Shown piece after piece: positions 1 to 9,851 of a DNA stretch of 64,000 nt. The position numbers were made by a program, and so were the translations under genes. The notes under the pieces are model-generated. The model was not told the DNA's origin, made no database searches, and saw only the letters and a program-made list of their open reading frames with translations. Every line of letters starts with the position of its first letter. Positions within the stretch are counted from its first letter, which is position 1. The stretch lies in contig SLQW01000036.1 of NCBI GenBank assembly GCA_007131295.1, forward strand, positions 16,766 to 80,765, read 5' to 3'. This DNA comes from Pseudomonadales bacterium. GTDB lineage: Bacteria; Pseudomonadota; Gammaproteobacteria; Pseudomonadales; Azotimanducaceae.

Positions 1-1494
1 GCGCTCGAACGCGTGCCCGAGCGCGAGCACCTCGATGTCGCTGTCCGATCCGGCGGCGAACGACAGGCCGACCGGCAGCCCGTGCAGCGTTCCCATGGGC
101 ACCGTCAGGTGCGGGTAGCCCGCCACCGCGGGAAACGTGCCGAAGCCACCCAGGTAGTGATCGCCGTTCACGAGGTCGATCGGCCACGCCGGACCCACCG
201 ATGGAGCGATGATGGCGTCGAGCCCGTACTCGCCGAGCAGGCGATCGATGCCGTTGCTGCGTGTCGCGGTGCGGATGCGTGCCAGCGCTTCGCGATACTC
301 GGGGGCATCGAGGCCCGAGGTCGCAGCAGCCTTGAGGAAGATCTCCTGCCGGAAGTAGGGCATGGTCTCTTCGACTCGTGCCTCGTTGAAAGCGATCAGT
401 TCATCGAGGTCGGCCACTGCTGCGGGCTCGGGCAGCCCTGCGAGCCAGGCGTTCAGGTCGTGGCGGAACTCGTGCAGCAGGACTTTGAACGTGTCGTTGC
501 TGAAGCCCTCGTAGCGCTCGAAGGCGAGGTCGTCCACCAGTTCCGCACCGGCTCGCCCGAGGGCCGCAATGGCGGCGTCGAACAAGGCGTCGACACCCTC
601 GTGGTAGCCGCTCGCGCCGCGCAGGATGCCGATCCTGCGACCACGGAGTTCGCCGTCCCGCACGGCCTCGAGCAATGCTTCGGGGTCCAGACCGGCCATG
701 ACCGCGAAGCCGAGCGCGGCGTCAGCCACGGTGCCGGCCATGGGCCCGGCGGTGTCCTGAGTGTGCGCGATCGGGATGATGCCGTCGCCCGGCAGGGCGC
801 CGACACTGGGCTTGAAGCCGACGATGCCATTGATGGCAGCCGGGCAGATGATCGAGCCATTGGTCTCGGTGCCGATGGCCAGCGGCACGTAGCCGAGAGC
901 CACGGCGACGGCGCTGCCCGAACTCGATCCGCAGGGGTTACGAGAGTGGTCCACCGCATTGCGGGTCTGGCCGCCGAGTCCGCTCCAGCCGGAGGAGGAC
1001 CGCTCGGAGCGGAAGTTCGCCCACTCGGAGAGATTGGCCTTGCCCAGCATCACGGCGCCCGCATCACGCAAGCGCGCGACCACGGTCGCATCCCGAGCGG
1101 TGCGCAGGTCGGCCAGGGCGTGGGCGCCCGCCGTCGTCGGCATGTCCCGGGTCTCGATGTTGTCCTTGATCAGCACCGGGATGCCGTGCAGCGGGCCGCG
1201 CTGCGCCGGCTCGAGGCGGTCGCGCTCGCTGGCGAGACGCTCGGCCGTCGGGTTGACGTGGAGGACGGCCCGGTACACTTGGTCCGCCGCTTCGATGCGT
1301 GCGAGAGCATCGGCGATGACGCGACTGCTGCCGTCCGGTTCGGCCGTCCTGCCGAGCAGGATCGAAACGTCAGGGGTCATCGTCGTCTCCGTTGGCGGCT
1401 CCGGCGCTTCCGCGAGATCGTCACCAGGACCGCAGCCCACGGCAGTGAACATGGCCGTCAGGCCGACGGCAAGGGCCTTGCAGGCGTGATGCAT
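1..1494 (-). CDS. Amidase (amidase-signature family), predicted secreted lipoprotein; the 3' end runs off the left edge of the window
   Basis: This gene is absent from the ORF track because it has no stop inside the window. Reverse-strand translation from ATG (plus-strand cat 1492-1494) gives MHHACKALAVGLTAMFTAVGC, a lipobox. Further on it reads ...GGQTRNAVDHSRNPCGSSSGSAVAVALGYVPLAIGTETNGSIICPAAINGIVGFKPS, the Gly/Ser-rich amidase signature. An alternative internal ATG lies at 1380. Confidence 0.85.
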   Translation of the reverse strand, partial: MHHACKALAVGLTAMFTAVGCGPGDDLAEAPEPPTETTMTPDVSILLGRTAEPDGSSRVIADALARIEAADQVYRAVLHVNPTAERLASERDRLEPAQRGPLHGIPVLIKDNIETRDMPTTAGAHALADLRTARDATVVARLRDAGAVMLGKANLSEWANFRSERSSSGWSGLGGQTRNAVDHSRNPCGSSSGSAVAVALGYVPLAIGTETNGSIICPAAINGIVGFKPSVGALPGDGIIPIAHTQDTAGPMAGTVADAALGFAVMAGLDPEALLEAVRDGELRGRRIGILRGASGYHEGVDALFDAAIAALGRAGAELVDDLAFERYEGFSNDTFKVLLHEFRHDLNAWLAGLPEPAAVADLDELIAFNEARVEETMPYFRQEIFLKAAATSGLDAPEYREALARIRTATRSNGIDRLLGEYGLDAIIAPSVGPAWPIDLVNGDHYLGGFGTFPAVAGYPHLTVPMGTLHGLPVGLSFAAGSDSDIEVLALGHAFER

Positions 1495-1566
1495 GGTGTA
1501 GCGTTCCGCTCCGGACTGGGCGCACCATGGTGACGCTCGCCGCCGGCGGGCGCCAGCCGGGGGCCT

Positions 1567-3267
1567 TCATTCGCGGGCGAAAGCGATGTTCTGGGCGCGA
1601 CTGGTGGACAGCGTGAAGCCGGTGACCCGTCCGCGCCGATTGCGCTCGAAGTGCAGCAGCAGGTCGCCCGGTTCCCATTCCAGGAACCGGTCGTCGCCGA
1701 TCGGCGTGAAATGGAGGTCGACGCCCCGTGCGCGCTGCGCCACGAGCTCGTCGCCGCTGCGGACGAGTTCGTAGTGGGTATCGAGCGCCGCGCTGAAGTA
1801 GCGGCCCTCGTACTGTCGGAAATCCCAGCCGGACACGGTGGCGCGCTCGAGGCGGCGGGCATGCACGCGGTGGTCGGGCAGCTGCAACGCCATCCGGGTC
1901 ATGCGACCGTTGTTGTCGCCTTCGAACGTGACCGGAATCTCGTCCCCGCCGAGAAGGTAATGACCGGCGTCGGTGGGCTCGAGCTCCTGAAGGCTGCCGC
2001 CCATGATCAGAAACAGGCGCCCTTCCGCTGCTTCCACCCGGAGCAGACGGCCGTTTTCGAGCAGGTAGCGACCCCGGTAGCGCGCGGCTTCTTCCAGGTT
2101 GGCGGTTCGTAGCCCCTCGGTCGGCTGTGCCGCTTCCGCGTTTGCAGGTTCCGGCAGTGGGTTCCCCGCACCGTTCTCGAGACGGTCCGCCACCTCGGTT
2201 GCCAGCGCCCCTGGCCGCAGGCTGTTGACGTTGCCCAGTACCACTACGACCAGGCCGGACTCGGGTACCAGCAGCAGGTGGCTGCGATAGCCGGTGAGCG
2301 CGCCCCCGTGATGCAGGATTCTGGCGTCTCCGATCGATCCCACCTGCAGCCCGAAGCCATAGCCGCTCGCCGAACCGTCGGCCAGCCTTGCCGGTTCGCC
2401 CATGCGAGCAAGCGCCGATGCGTCTTCGGTCCCGGTTGTGAGCAGATGTGCACCCCAGCGCAGCAGGTCCCCTGCTGTGGTCACCAGATTTCCGGAGCCG
2501 TATATGTTCGCCTGCACCGGTGCCCGCTCCAGATGCATATCCCCGCGCACACCATCGCCGCGCCGGCGCAGCTCGTAGGGCGTGGCCAGCCGCTCGATCA
2601 CCTGTTGCGGCGTCGTCTGCACAAGCGTCTCTTCGAGTCCGAGCGGGGCGAACACCTCGCTGACGAGCCAGTCCGGGTAGGGTCGACCCGTGACCGACTC
2701 GATCACGTCCGCCAGCAGAATGTAGCCCGAGTTGCTGTAGCTGAAGCGGGAGCCAGGCTCGAAGTTCAGTCCGTCCTGGCGCATGACCATGCGCCGGGCC
2801 TGAGCATGCGTGCGCACGTCGCTGGATTCCCAGCCGGCAAGGCTCGCCAGCGTCCATTCGTCCTTCAGACCCGCCGTGTGCTGCAGCAGCTGGCGTACGG
2901 TCAACTTCCGGGCAGCGGACGGCAGTCCTTCCAGGTGGCGGCCGAGGGAGTCGTCCAGGTCCAACCGACCCGCTGCCTCCAGTTTCAGGATCGCGTAGGC
3001 CGTGAAGGTCTTGGCGATGGAGCCGGCGTGAAAGCGGCTATCCGCTGTGATCGCAATGCCCAGTTCGATGTGGGCGGCACCGGCGCTGCGCTCGAACAAC
3101 AGCTCGCCGTCTCGGGCCGCGGCCACGACCACACCTGGCCCGGTGTGGTCCTGCCACGGCTCAAGCAGCTCGTCCAGCCAGCTCCCGCCGGGTGCGTCGG
3201 CGGCCGCCGAGGGTGCGCGGGCCAGCACCCAAAGCAGCGCCAGCATCAGCGCAAGGGTGAAGCGCAT
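1567..3267 (-). CDS. Secreted serine hydrolase, beta-lactamase/transpeptidase-like fold (class C beta-lactamase-related)
   Basis: From ORF 1567..3414, trimmed to ATG at 3267, which exposes the signal peptide MRFTLALMLALLWVLARAPSAAA. It has an S-x-x-K motif (GSIAKTF) and a Y-x-N motif (YSNSGY). Confidence 0.85.
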   Translation of the reverse strand: MRFTLALMLALLWVLARAPSAAADAPGGSWLDELLEPWQDHTGPGVVVAAARDGELLFERSAGAAHIELGIAITADSRFHAGSIAKTFTAYAILKLEAAGRLDLDDSLGRHLEGLPSAARKLTVRQLLQHTAGLKDEWTLASLAGWESSDVRTHAQARRMVMRQDGLNFEPGSRFSYSNSGYILLADVIESVTGRPYPDWLVSEVFAPLGLEETLVQTTPQQVIERLATPYELRRRGDGVRGDMHLERAPVQANIYGSGNLVTTAGDLLRWGAHLLTTGTEDASALARMGEPARLADGSASGYGFGLQVGSIGDARILHHGGALTGYRSHLLLVPESGLVVVVLGNVNSLRPGALATEVADRLENGAGNPLPEPANAEAAQPTEGLRTANLEEAARYRGRYLLENGRLLRVEAAEGRLFLIMGGSLQELEPTDAGHYLLGGDEIPVTFEGDNNGRMTRMALQLPDHRVHARRLERATVSGWDFRQYEGRYFSAALDTHYELVRSGDELVAQRARGVDLHFTPIGDDRFLEWEPGDLLLHFERNRRGRVTGFTLSTSRAQNIAFARE

Positions 3268-3561
3268 GTCGTCCCGCCTCCCGGACCCTGCGCCTTGGCG
3301 CCGGTCCGTCTCTCCGGAATCGGGGCATTCGGCCATGCCGCGGAGTCTCCCGGCTCCGCGCCGACCCTGCCGTGCCGCAGGGGGCGTCCTCCCCTGCCGG
3401 CACCAGCCAAGCATGCACCATTAACACCGCCCGCTGCACCTTCAACGTACAGTGCTCCAGCGCTGCTGCGCGTGCGGCCTCGACGAATCCGACGCCAGAT
3501 CTGACTTCGCCGGCGGTTCGTTGCAGAATCCAGGATCGCCCGTCTGCCTGGGGAGGGAAAT

Positions 3562-5088
3562 ATGGCGGAAGTGATTGCGGGGCATCGGCGCCTGCCGGTA
3601 GATCAGCTGCTTGATCGGGCGGCGCGTGCCGCCACCGGTCTGGACACCCTCGGCGTCGGTCACCGGGATGCGGTTGCCCTGATGCTGCGCAACGACTTCG
3701 CATTCTTCGAGGCATCACTGGCAGCAGGACGCCTCGGTGCCTACCCGGTTCCGGTCAACTGGCATTACACCGGCGACGAGGCGGGCTACGTGATCGCCAA
3801 CAGCGGCGCAAAGGTGCTGGTGATCCATGCCGACCTGCTCGCGCCGATAGCGGCGGACATTCCAGCGGGCGTCGAGATCCGCGTGGTGGAGACGCCAGAC
3901 GAGATTCGCGCTGCCTATGGCCTCGCTCCGGAACGCTGCCGTCTGCCCTCGAACTTAGCCCCTTGGGGCACCTGGCTCGAGCGCTACGAACCGCTGCCGC
4001 CGCGCGCGATCGTTCCTCCCGGAACCATGATCTACACCTCGGGTACCACGGGCCGTCCAAAGGGCGTTCGCCGGGCACCTCCGTCCGAGGCGCAGGCCGC
4101 GGCGACGCAAGCGACGCTGCTCACGGTGTTCGGCCTCGAACCAGGTGCGACAACGGTCATCACCGGGCCCATGTACCATTCGGCGCCGAACGCCTACGGC
4201 CTCACCAGCGTCAATCTCGGGTGCAACACGATTCTGCAGGCGCGCTTCGATCCGGAAGAACTGCTCGCGCTGATCGAGCAGGAGCGCGTCACGCATCTGC
4301 ACATGGTTCCGACCATGTTCGTGCGCCTGTTGAAGCTCCCAGATGCGGTGCGCAGTCGCTATGACCTCTCGTCGCTGAAGTTCGTGGTGCATGCGGCAGC
4401 GCCCTGCCCCGTGGACGTGAAGCAGCGCATGATCGAGTGGTGGGGCCCGGTGATCTATGAGTACTACGGATCGACGGAAACCAGTGCCGTGGTCTTCTGC
4501 AATTCGCAGGAGTGGCTGGCGCATCCGGGTACGGTGGGTCGGCCCTTGCCCAACGCTGAAATCCGCATTCTCGATGATGCCGGCCGCCCGCTGCCTGCAG
4601 GGCAGGCGGGGGAGGTGGCGGCGCGCCTGCTCGACACCTCCGACTTCACTTACCATGGCGACGATGCCAAGCGCGCCGAGGCGGATCGCGCCGGACTGGT
4701 GGCGCCTGGTGACATCGGCTATCTGGATGCGGACGGTTTCCTCTACATCTCCGATCGCAAGAAGGACATGGTCATCTCCGGTGGCGTGAACATCTATCCG
4801 GCGGAGATCGAGTCAGTGCTCATCGACATGCCCGGCGTGCACGACTGCGCCGTGTTCGGCGTTCCCGACGAGGAATTCGGCGAGGCGTTGTGCGCGGTGA
4901 TCGAACCCGAGGCGGATGCGGGGCTCGACGCCGCTGCCGTGCGGGCCTGGTTGCGTGAGCGGGTCGCCGGTTACAAGGTGCCGCGGCAGGTGGACTTCAG
5001 GACCGATCTGCCGCGGGAGGATTCAGGCAAGATCTTCAAGCGCAAGCTCAGGGAGCCCTACTGGCAGGAAGCGAAGCGCGCGATCTGA
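3562..5088 (+). CDS. AMP-dependent acyl-CoA synthetase/ligase (fatty-acid--CoA ligase family)
   Basis: AMP-binding motif MIYTSGTTGRPKGV. Also GDIGYLDADGFLYISDRKKDMVISGGVNIYPAEIE and the C-terminal SGKIFKRKLR. SD-like GGGGAGGGA lies just upstream of the ATG. Confidence 0.9.
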   Translation: MAEVIAGHRRLPVDQLLDRAARAATGLDTLGVGHRDAVALMLRNDFAFFEASLAAGRLGAYPVPVNWHYTGDEAGYVIANSGAKVLVIHADLLAPIAADIPAGVEIRVVETPDEIRAAYGLAPERCRLPSNLAPWGTWLERYEPLPPRAIVPPGTMIYTSGTTGRPKGVRRAPPSEAQAAATQATLLTVFGLEPGATTVITGPMYHSAPNAYGLTSVNLGCNTILQARFDPEELLALIEQERVTHLHMVPTMFVRLLKLPDAVRSRYDLSSLKFVVHAAAPCPVDVKQRMIEWWGPVIYEYYGSTETSAVVFCNSQEWLAHPGTVGRPLPNAEIRILDDAGRPLPAGQAGEVAARLLDTSDFTYHGDDAKRAEADRAGLVAPGDIGYLDADGFLYISDRKKDMVISGGVNIYPAEIESVLIDMPGVHDCAVFGVPDEEFGEALCAVIEPEADAGLDAAAVRAWLRERVAGYKVPRQVDFRTDLPREDSGKIFKRKLREPYWQEAKRAI

Positions 5089-5127
5089 AACGGACCCGAT
5101 CCATGACGGCAAGGCACCGTTTCCGGG

Positions 5128-6579
5128 CTAGACGCGGCAGCCGGTCAGGGTGAGGCGCTGGCCAGGACGAATCAGGAAGCGCGGCGCAGCGATGTTGTTG
5201 TCGCGTGCCACCGCGCGGACGCTTGGACACCCGTTCCGGCTGACAATGGTGGAAAGGGTATCCCCCTGCCGGACGACGTAGATCCGGCTCGCCGGGCGGC
5301 GGTCGTCGCGGGATTCGTGCAATACGGCTGCGAGCTGCACGGTCTCGCCCTCGACGCAGCGGCTCTGGTAGACCGGCTCGAGGTTCGCGGGCATGGCGAC
5401 TACGGTGCCGCTCTCCAGGCGTTCGAACGGCTCGAGGCGTGCATTGAGATTGCGCAGCGTACGGAACCAGCCGTTGCGGTTTTCCTGCTGACCTAGGCAG
5501 ATAGCCAGTTCGCCCAGTGTCGCCGGCGTCGCCAGGGCAACCTCGGTCGCTTCGGTGTCGATAACCGGGAATGTCACCCCATAACGCTCGGGGTGAAGGA
5601 AGAGCCAGGCCGCGGCCAGCACGTAGGGGACGTAATCCTGAGTCTCCCGCGGCAGCCGGGCCCGGATCTCGTCGTCCCAGAAGCTGGCATTGGCGTTGCG
5701 TCCTGCCAGCCGCTGTACCCGGTTCTCGCCGCCATTGTAGGCGGCCAGGGCGAGTTCGAGGTTGTCGTTGAGCGCTTCGAAGCGCTCATTGAGGTAAGCG
5801 ACGCTGGCGCGCGCCGACAGGGTCGGATCGAAGCGCTGATCGAAACCGTCGGCGCGCGCAAGACCGAATCGGCGACCCGTGTGCGGCATGAACTGCATCG
5901 GCCCGGCGGCACCGGCGCGGGAGACTGCATGGACGCGGCCGCCGGACTCCTTGGCGAGAATACCGAACAGCAGCGCTTCCGGTAGCCCCGCGCTCTCATA
6001 CTCCGGCCACATCAGATGGCGCATGTACTGATAGTTCTCCCACGCATCCATCAGGTTGGGTCGCATCCAGGTCAGCCAGTCGTGCAGTGCCGCATGGACG
6101 GGTCCGTTGAGCTCGATGATGTCGCTCAGGTCGCGGCCATTGAGCAAATTGACCGAGCGCCTTGCTGAAGGGATCTCGGTAAGCACTACGCTCTCGTCGT
6201 CACCCGCGTACTCGAGCTCGACGAAGTCTTCCATCGCGCCGGTGAGCACCGAGCTGCGAAGGGTCAACAGGTTCGTGAACGCGGACATGAAGCGCTGCGG
6301 TTCGCAGCCCGGAGTCTCTGCGCAGGTGTGACCGGCTCCGGTCAGGTCGGCCACAGCGCCGTCGATGAGCGCTTTGGCTTCGTCGAAGCGACCCGTCGCC
6401 GCCGCTTCGAGTCCGGCCTGATAGTCCAGCACGCTGGTGTCGAGCGCATCGTAAAGTTCGGTGATGGCCGCTTCGTTCGCCGGTGTGGCGGCCTCGTCGC
6501 TGGCATCGCCCTCGGATGTGAGATGGCTGCAGGCGGCGAGGCTGGCAGCGACACAGAGGACGGTGAGCAGGCGCAACAT
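5128..6579 (-). CDS. Lytic murein transglycosylase lipoprotein (SLT domain plus C-terminal LysM), MltD-like
   Basis: From ORF 5128..6735, trimmed to ATG at 6579, giving MLRLLTVLCVAASLAAC (lipobox). SLT core reads LAKESGGRVHAVSRAGAAGPMQFMPHTG ... AYNGG. A LysM-like segment YVVRQGDTLSTIVSRNG lies near the C-terminus. Confidence 0.85.
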   Translation of the reverse strand: MLRLLTVLCVAASLAACSHLTSEGDASDEAATPANEAAITELYDALDTSVLDYQAGLEAAATGRFDEAKALIDGAVADLTGAGHTCAETPGCEPQRFMSAFTNLLTLRSSVLTGAMEDFVELEYAGDDESVVLTEIPSARRSVNLLNGRDLSDIIELNGPVHAALHDWLTWMRPNLMDAWENYQYMRHLMWPEYESAGLPEALLFGILAKESGGRVHAVSRAGAAGPMQFMPHTGRRFGLARADGFDQRFDPTLSARASVAYLNERFEALNDNLELALAAYNGGENRVQRLAGRNANASFWDDEIRARLPRETQDYVPYVLAAAWLFLHPERYGVTFPVIDTEATEVALATPATLGELAICLGQQENRNGWFRTLRNLNARLEPFERLESGTVVAMPANLEPVYQSRCVEGETVQLAAVLHESRDDRRPASRIYVVRQGDTLSTIVSRNGCPSVRAVARDNNIAAPRFLIRPGQRLTLTGCRV

Positions 6580-6844
6580 TTGATCGACTCCGATGGGCGA
6601 CGGCGGGGGCAGGCGGTAGCGACACAAACATGCTCGCCGCTCTCGCGCGTTGCAGTTCCATGCTGTTTCTTCATGCACCAAGGCGCGAAGTGAAGGCAGC
6701 CCCGGCGGGCCACTTACGATACAGGACTCCGGCATCGCAGCGCATCTGCAGTCAGCGGAAGGGCTCGCGTTCCCGCCCCTGCACGCCCAAGCATAGTCCA
6801 GCCGGCCCAGTCGGCGATGCCGCCAGGCGCCCGCAGCGTCGGGT

Positions 6845-7711
6845 TCAGCGGACGACGTCGAAGTAGCTTTCCACCCGCGTCAGGTGACCGTCGACGTCGG
6901 TTTCTTCTGCGTTGTGGGTGGCGAAGGCCAGGTGGGTGCAGCCGAGCGCCCGCCACTTCTCTGCGTGGGTGGCCCAGCGCTCCGGCGTACCGCCCTGGAA
7001 CTGCGCCTGGGCCTGGATGCCGAATCCGTCCATGCTGCGGCCGGCAGCCTCCCGGTGGCGGCGCATGGTTTCGATGCAGTCGCGCGCCTTGTCGTTGGCG
7101 CCCATCAACGGCATCCAGCCGTCGCCATGTTCGGCGCAGCGTTTCAGCAGCGCCGGAGCCGAACCGCCGAACCAGATGGGGATGGGCGCTGACGGCCGCG
7201 GCAGGATGCTGGCCGCGTCGATCCGATGGAACCGACCCTCGAACGTCAGGCTGTCTTCCGACCAGAGCTTGCGCAGCAGTTCGACCTGCTCGGTCTGGCG
7301 GGCACCGCGCTCCGCGAAGGGGATCCCGAGCGCCTCGTACTCGATTCGGTTCCAGCCGGTGCCCACCCCCAGGCGGAGACGATTGCCGGACAGGATCGCC
7401 ACCTGTGCGGCCTGCTTCGCGACCAGTGCAGTCTGTCGCTGCGGCAGGATGAGCACCGTGGTCACGAGCTCGAGGCGCTCGGTGACGGCGGCCAGATAGG
7501 CCAACGTCGTCAGCGGCTCGTGAAACGCCACGTCTTTGTCATAGGGTCCCTTCCAGCCACCCGGCCGATTCGGGTCGGCGCCCAGGACGTGGTCGTAGAT
7601 CAGAAGATGGGTTGCGCCGAGTGCCTCGACGCCCTGGGCATAGGCTTTGATGGCACCGGCATCGGTGCCGATCTCGTTGTGCGGGAAAACCACTCCGAAC
7701 TGCACTGTCAT
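6845..7711 (-). CDS. LLM-class (luciferase-like) flavin/F420-dependent oxidoreductase
   Basis: From ORF 6845..7837, trimmed to ATG at 7711, which is preceded by GGAGGGA. MTVQFGVVFPHNEIGTDAGAIKAYAQGVEALGATHLLIYDHVLGADP... and GVGTGWNRIEYEALGIPFAERG are typical of the luciferase-like monooxygenase fold. Confidence 0.8.
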   Translation of the reverse strand: MTVQFGVVFPHNEIGTDAGAIKAYAQGVEALGATHLLIYDHVLGADPNRPGGWKGPYDKDVAFHEPLTTLAYLAAVTERLELVTTVLILPQRQTALVAKQAAQVAILSGNRLRLGVGTGWNRIEYEALGIPFAERGARQTEQVELLRKLWSEDSLTFEGRFHRIDAASILPRPSAPIPIWFGGSAPALLKRCAEHGDGWMPLMGANDKARDCIETMRRHREAAGRSMDGFGIQAQAQFQGGTPERWATHAEKWRALGCTHLAFATHNAEETDVDGHLTRVESYFDVVR

Positions 7712-7849
7712 CCCTCCGACGGTTACTCTACGGCCAGTATACGCAGCGACCGGGGGAGTCGGGATCGCCGTTTGCTCGCACGCAAGCCGGACCGGGTGCA
7801 CGTGCGCCGTGTGGTAACCTCTGGAAAATTCGATCAAGGAGATTACCGC

Positions 7850-8719
7850 ATGGCTCTTCGGTTACTCGGTCCGCTTCTGCTTGCTTCCCTGCTGATCGCG
7901 TGTGGTCCGGCCGAGCCTCCCGAGCCTGAAGGTCCGACGCCACGACCCGTGCCGGATCGCCCCGAGCCGGTCGACCCGGAGGCCGGATTGCGGGAGGCAG
8001 TGCGCACGGCCATGGCCGGCGCGCACCGCTCGGCAGTGAATCAGGCGCGCGACGATCAGCGCAACCCGGAAGAGACGCTTGCCTTTCTGGGGCTGCAGCG
8101 CAGTCACCGCGCGATCGAGATATGGCCTGGCGCCGGTTGGTACACTGAGATACTCGCACCGGTGCTGCGCGACCACGGCCAGCTGATCGTTGCCAACGGG
8201 CAGCAGGCGCTGATGGACAAGTTCGAGGCGGACCCGGGAGTCTACGATCAGTTGGAGGTCGTTCGGTTTGCGCCGCCGGATGAGGCCCGCCTCGGCGAGG
8301 AGGGCAGTGCCGACTTCGTGCTCCTGTCGCGCCACTTCCACAATCTCGCTGCACGCGGCCTGGAGGATGTCGTGCTCGGCGCTGCCTACGACGTGCTTCG
8401 GTCCGGTGGCATTCTCGGCATCATCCAGCACCGGCTCCCGGACGATCGCGAATTCGATCTCGAGGAACGTACCGGCTACGTGCCCGAGTCCTTCGTGATC
8501 GAGGCAGCTGAGCGTGCGGGGTTCGAACTCGCCGACAGCAGTGAGGTGAACGCGAACCCGCTGGATACCGCCGACCACGAACTCGGCGTATGGACGCTGC
8601 CGCCGACCTTCCGCGCCTGTGCCGATATCGACGACGAGGCGGAACTCGCTGAATGCCGTGAGCGCTACGAAGCGATCGGGGAGTCCGACCGGATGACCCT
8701 GCGTTTCGTTAAGCCCTGA
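7850..8719 (+). CDS. Predicted class I SAM-dependent methyltransferase with lipoprotein-type N-terminus
   Basis: This is the real part of ORF 7226..8719. The ATG at 7850 is preceded by AAGGAGA. The N-terminus is MALRLLGPLLLASLLIAC. Methyltransferase motif-I-like AIEIWPGAGWYTEIL, and later GGILGIIQH. Confidence 0.6.
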   Translation: MALRLLGPLLLASLLIACGPAEPPEPEGPTPRPVPDRPEPVDPEAGLREAVRTAMAGAHRSAVNQARDDQRNPEETLAFLGLQRSHRAIEIWPGAGWYTEILAPVLRDHGQLIVANGQQALMDKFEADPGVYDQLEVVRFAPPDEARLGEEGSADFVLLSRHFHNLAARGLEDVVLGAAYDVLRSGGILGIIQHRLPDDREFDLEERTGYVPESFVIEAAERAGFELADSSEVNANPLDTADHELGVWTLPPTFRACADIDDEAELAECRERYEAIGESDRMTLRFVKP

Positions 8720-8730
8720 AGCTCGCGTTG

Positions 8731-8763
8731 CCGCTGACCGGGGCTTGGCGACCCGGTCAGCGG
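8731..8763 (+). terminator. Perfect 12-bp GC-rich stem-loop starting 12 nt after the methyltransferase stop; possible intrinsic terminator or REP-like element
   Basis: ccgctgaccggg (8731-8742) and cccggtcagcgg (8752-8763) are exact reverse complements around a 9-nt loop. No U-tract follows. Confidence 0.45.
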
Positions 8764-8785
8764 ATCCCATTCCCTGGAGGCGTTC

Positions 8786-9211
8786 ATGGATGCCGCCACC
8801 GCGTGGCTGAAGGGCGCGCACATCGTGACGCTGGCGCTCTGGGCTGGCGGTCTTTTCGCCTTGCCACTGCTGCTGGCGGTTCAGCCTGACCTGTCCGAGC
8901 GCTCGGCCTATCTGCGTTTGCGGGCCATGAGCAGGTTCGCGTACTTGGCGCTCATATCACCCGCGGCCATCCTCGCGATCGTTACCGGCTCGGCTCTGAT
9001 TCCATTGGCGGATATCGAAGGCAGCTGGCTGGCGCTCAAACTCACCGGCGTCGCCGGCATGGCGCTGTTTCACACGCTTTGCGGCCACTTTCTCAGCGAG
9101 CTGAGGTTCGAGCCCGGCGCCTATCGCCCGGGCTTGCTCAAGGCGCTCGTCGTGGTCCCTCTGTTGCTGATTGCAGCCGTGCTCTGGGTCATTCTGGCGC
9201 GACCAGGTTAG
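8786..9211 (+). CDS. HemJ/CopD-like (UPF0093-like) small integral membrane protein
   Basis: GGAGG lies upstream of the ATG. The protein is 141 aa with about 4 TM segments. The N-terminal WLKGAHIVTLALWAGGLFALP resembles the KAxHIxxxxxWxAGLFYLP helix of HemJ-type protoporphyrinogen oxidases. The family assignment is tentative. Confidence 0.5.
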   Translation: MDAATAWLKGAHIVTLALWAGGLFALPLLLAVQPDLSERSAYLRLRAMSRFAYLALISPAAILAIVTGSALIPLADIEGSWLALKLTGVAGMALFHTLCGHFLSELRFEPGAYRPGLLKALVVVPLLLIAAVLWVILARPG

Positions 9212-9759
9212 TGCTTGCGTAGCCGCACCGGTGCGGTTGGCGGTGGTTGCCCCGGCGTCTTCGGGTCGAGCTCGTTTTCGTCCCATATGCCTATCTGGTG
9301 GTGAAAGACCAGCTTGCCCCCAAGCCATCCCGCCAGGGCCGTGAGGAGCGCGCCGAGAGCAGAGAGGTAAACGCCCCAGGGATAGATGGCGACGACGGGG
9401 TCGGGCAGGCGCAGCATCCAGTTGGCGAATGCTACGGAAAGCAGCATCACCGCCAGGACGAAGTGGCTCCAGCTCGTAATGCGCCGTCGGATGCCTTGTA
9501 CCCAGAGCAGCTCGACGGTGCCTATGAGTCCGGCGGCGATACCCGAGAACGTGCCGACGCCGAGCAGCCACAGCGACACCCGCGCCCAGAAGGCATCGTC
9601 GAGCAATAGAAACGCCAGGTCGGCAGGCAGCGCCGCCAGCAGAAAGGCGATCGGAAAGGTCACTGTCATCGGATGCAGAGGGTGTCCGGCCACTGCCATC
9701 CGGCTTGGTGCGCCCTCCAGCTGCGGGTCGGGTGAAGTCTGCTCATCATGGGGCTTCAT
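9208..9759 (-). CDS. DUF2231-family membrane protein
   Basis: From ORF 9208..9918, trimmed to ATG at 9759 (MKPHDEQ...). The motif MAVAGHPLHPMTVTFPIAFLLAALPADLAFLL and four TM segments are typical of DUF2231. Confidence 0.65.
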   Translation of the reverse strand: MKPHDEQTSPDPQLEGAPSRMAVAGHPLHPMTVTFPIAFLLAALPADLAFLLLDDAFWARVSLWLLGVGTFSGIAAGLIGTVELLWVQGIRRRITSWSHFVLAVMLLSVAFANWMLRLPDPVVAIYPWGVYLSALGALLTALAGWLGGKLVFHHQIGIWDENELDPKTPGQPPPTAPVRLRKH

Positions 9760-9851
9760 CCTGGTCTGGCAACCTCGCCTTGCAATCCTCGGCCGGCCCC
9801 GGACCATACAGGCGACGTCCGGCTGCTTGCCAGTCATCGCATTGAGGCTCC

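Noticed and set aside
13-1533. A 506-aa plus-strand ORF at the left edge.
   Set aside because: It is antisense to the amidase gene, whose signature sequence and lipobox are clear on the minus strand. The plus-frame product is Arg/Gly/Ala-rich with no recognisable domain. The same reasoning applies to 1421..2857, 2278..3504, 43912..44949 and 45918..47378.
5087-5123. The inverted repeat gaaacgg/ccgtttc between the convergent acyl-CoA ligase and transglycosylase genes, considered as a possible bidirectional terminator.
   Set aside because: The stem is only 7 bp with a 23-nt loop and no flanking T/A tracts, so it is not convincing.
7226-7849. A long N-terminal extension of the methyltransferase ORF (497 aa in the track).
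   Set aside because: The extension runs antisense through the LLM oxidoreductase gene. An internal ATG at 7850 with AAGGAGA and a lipoprotein signal gives a sensible protein.
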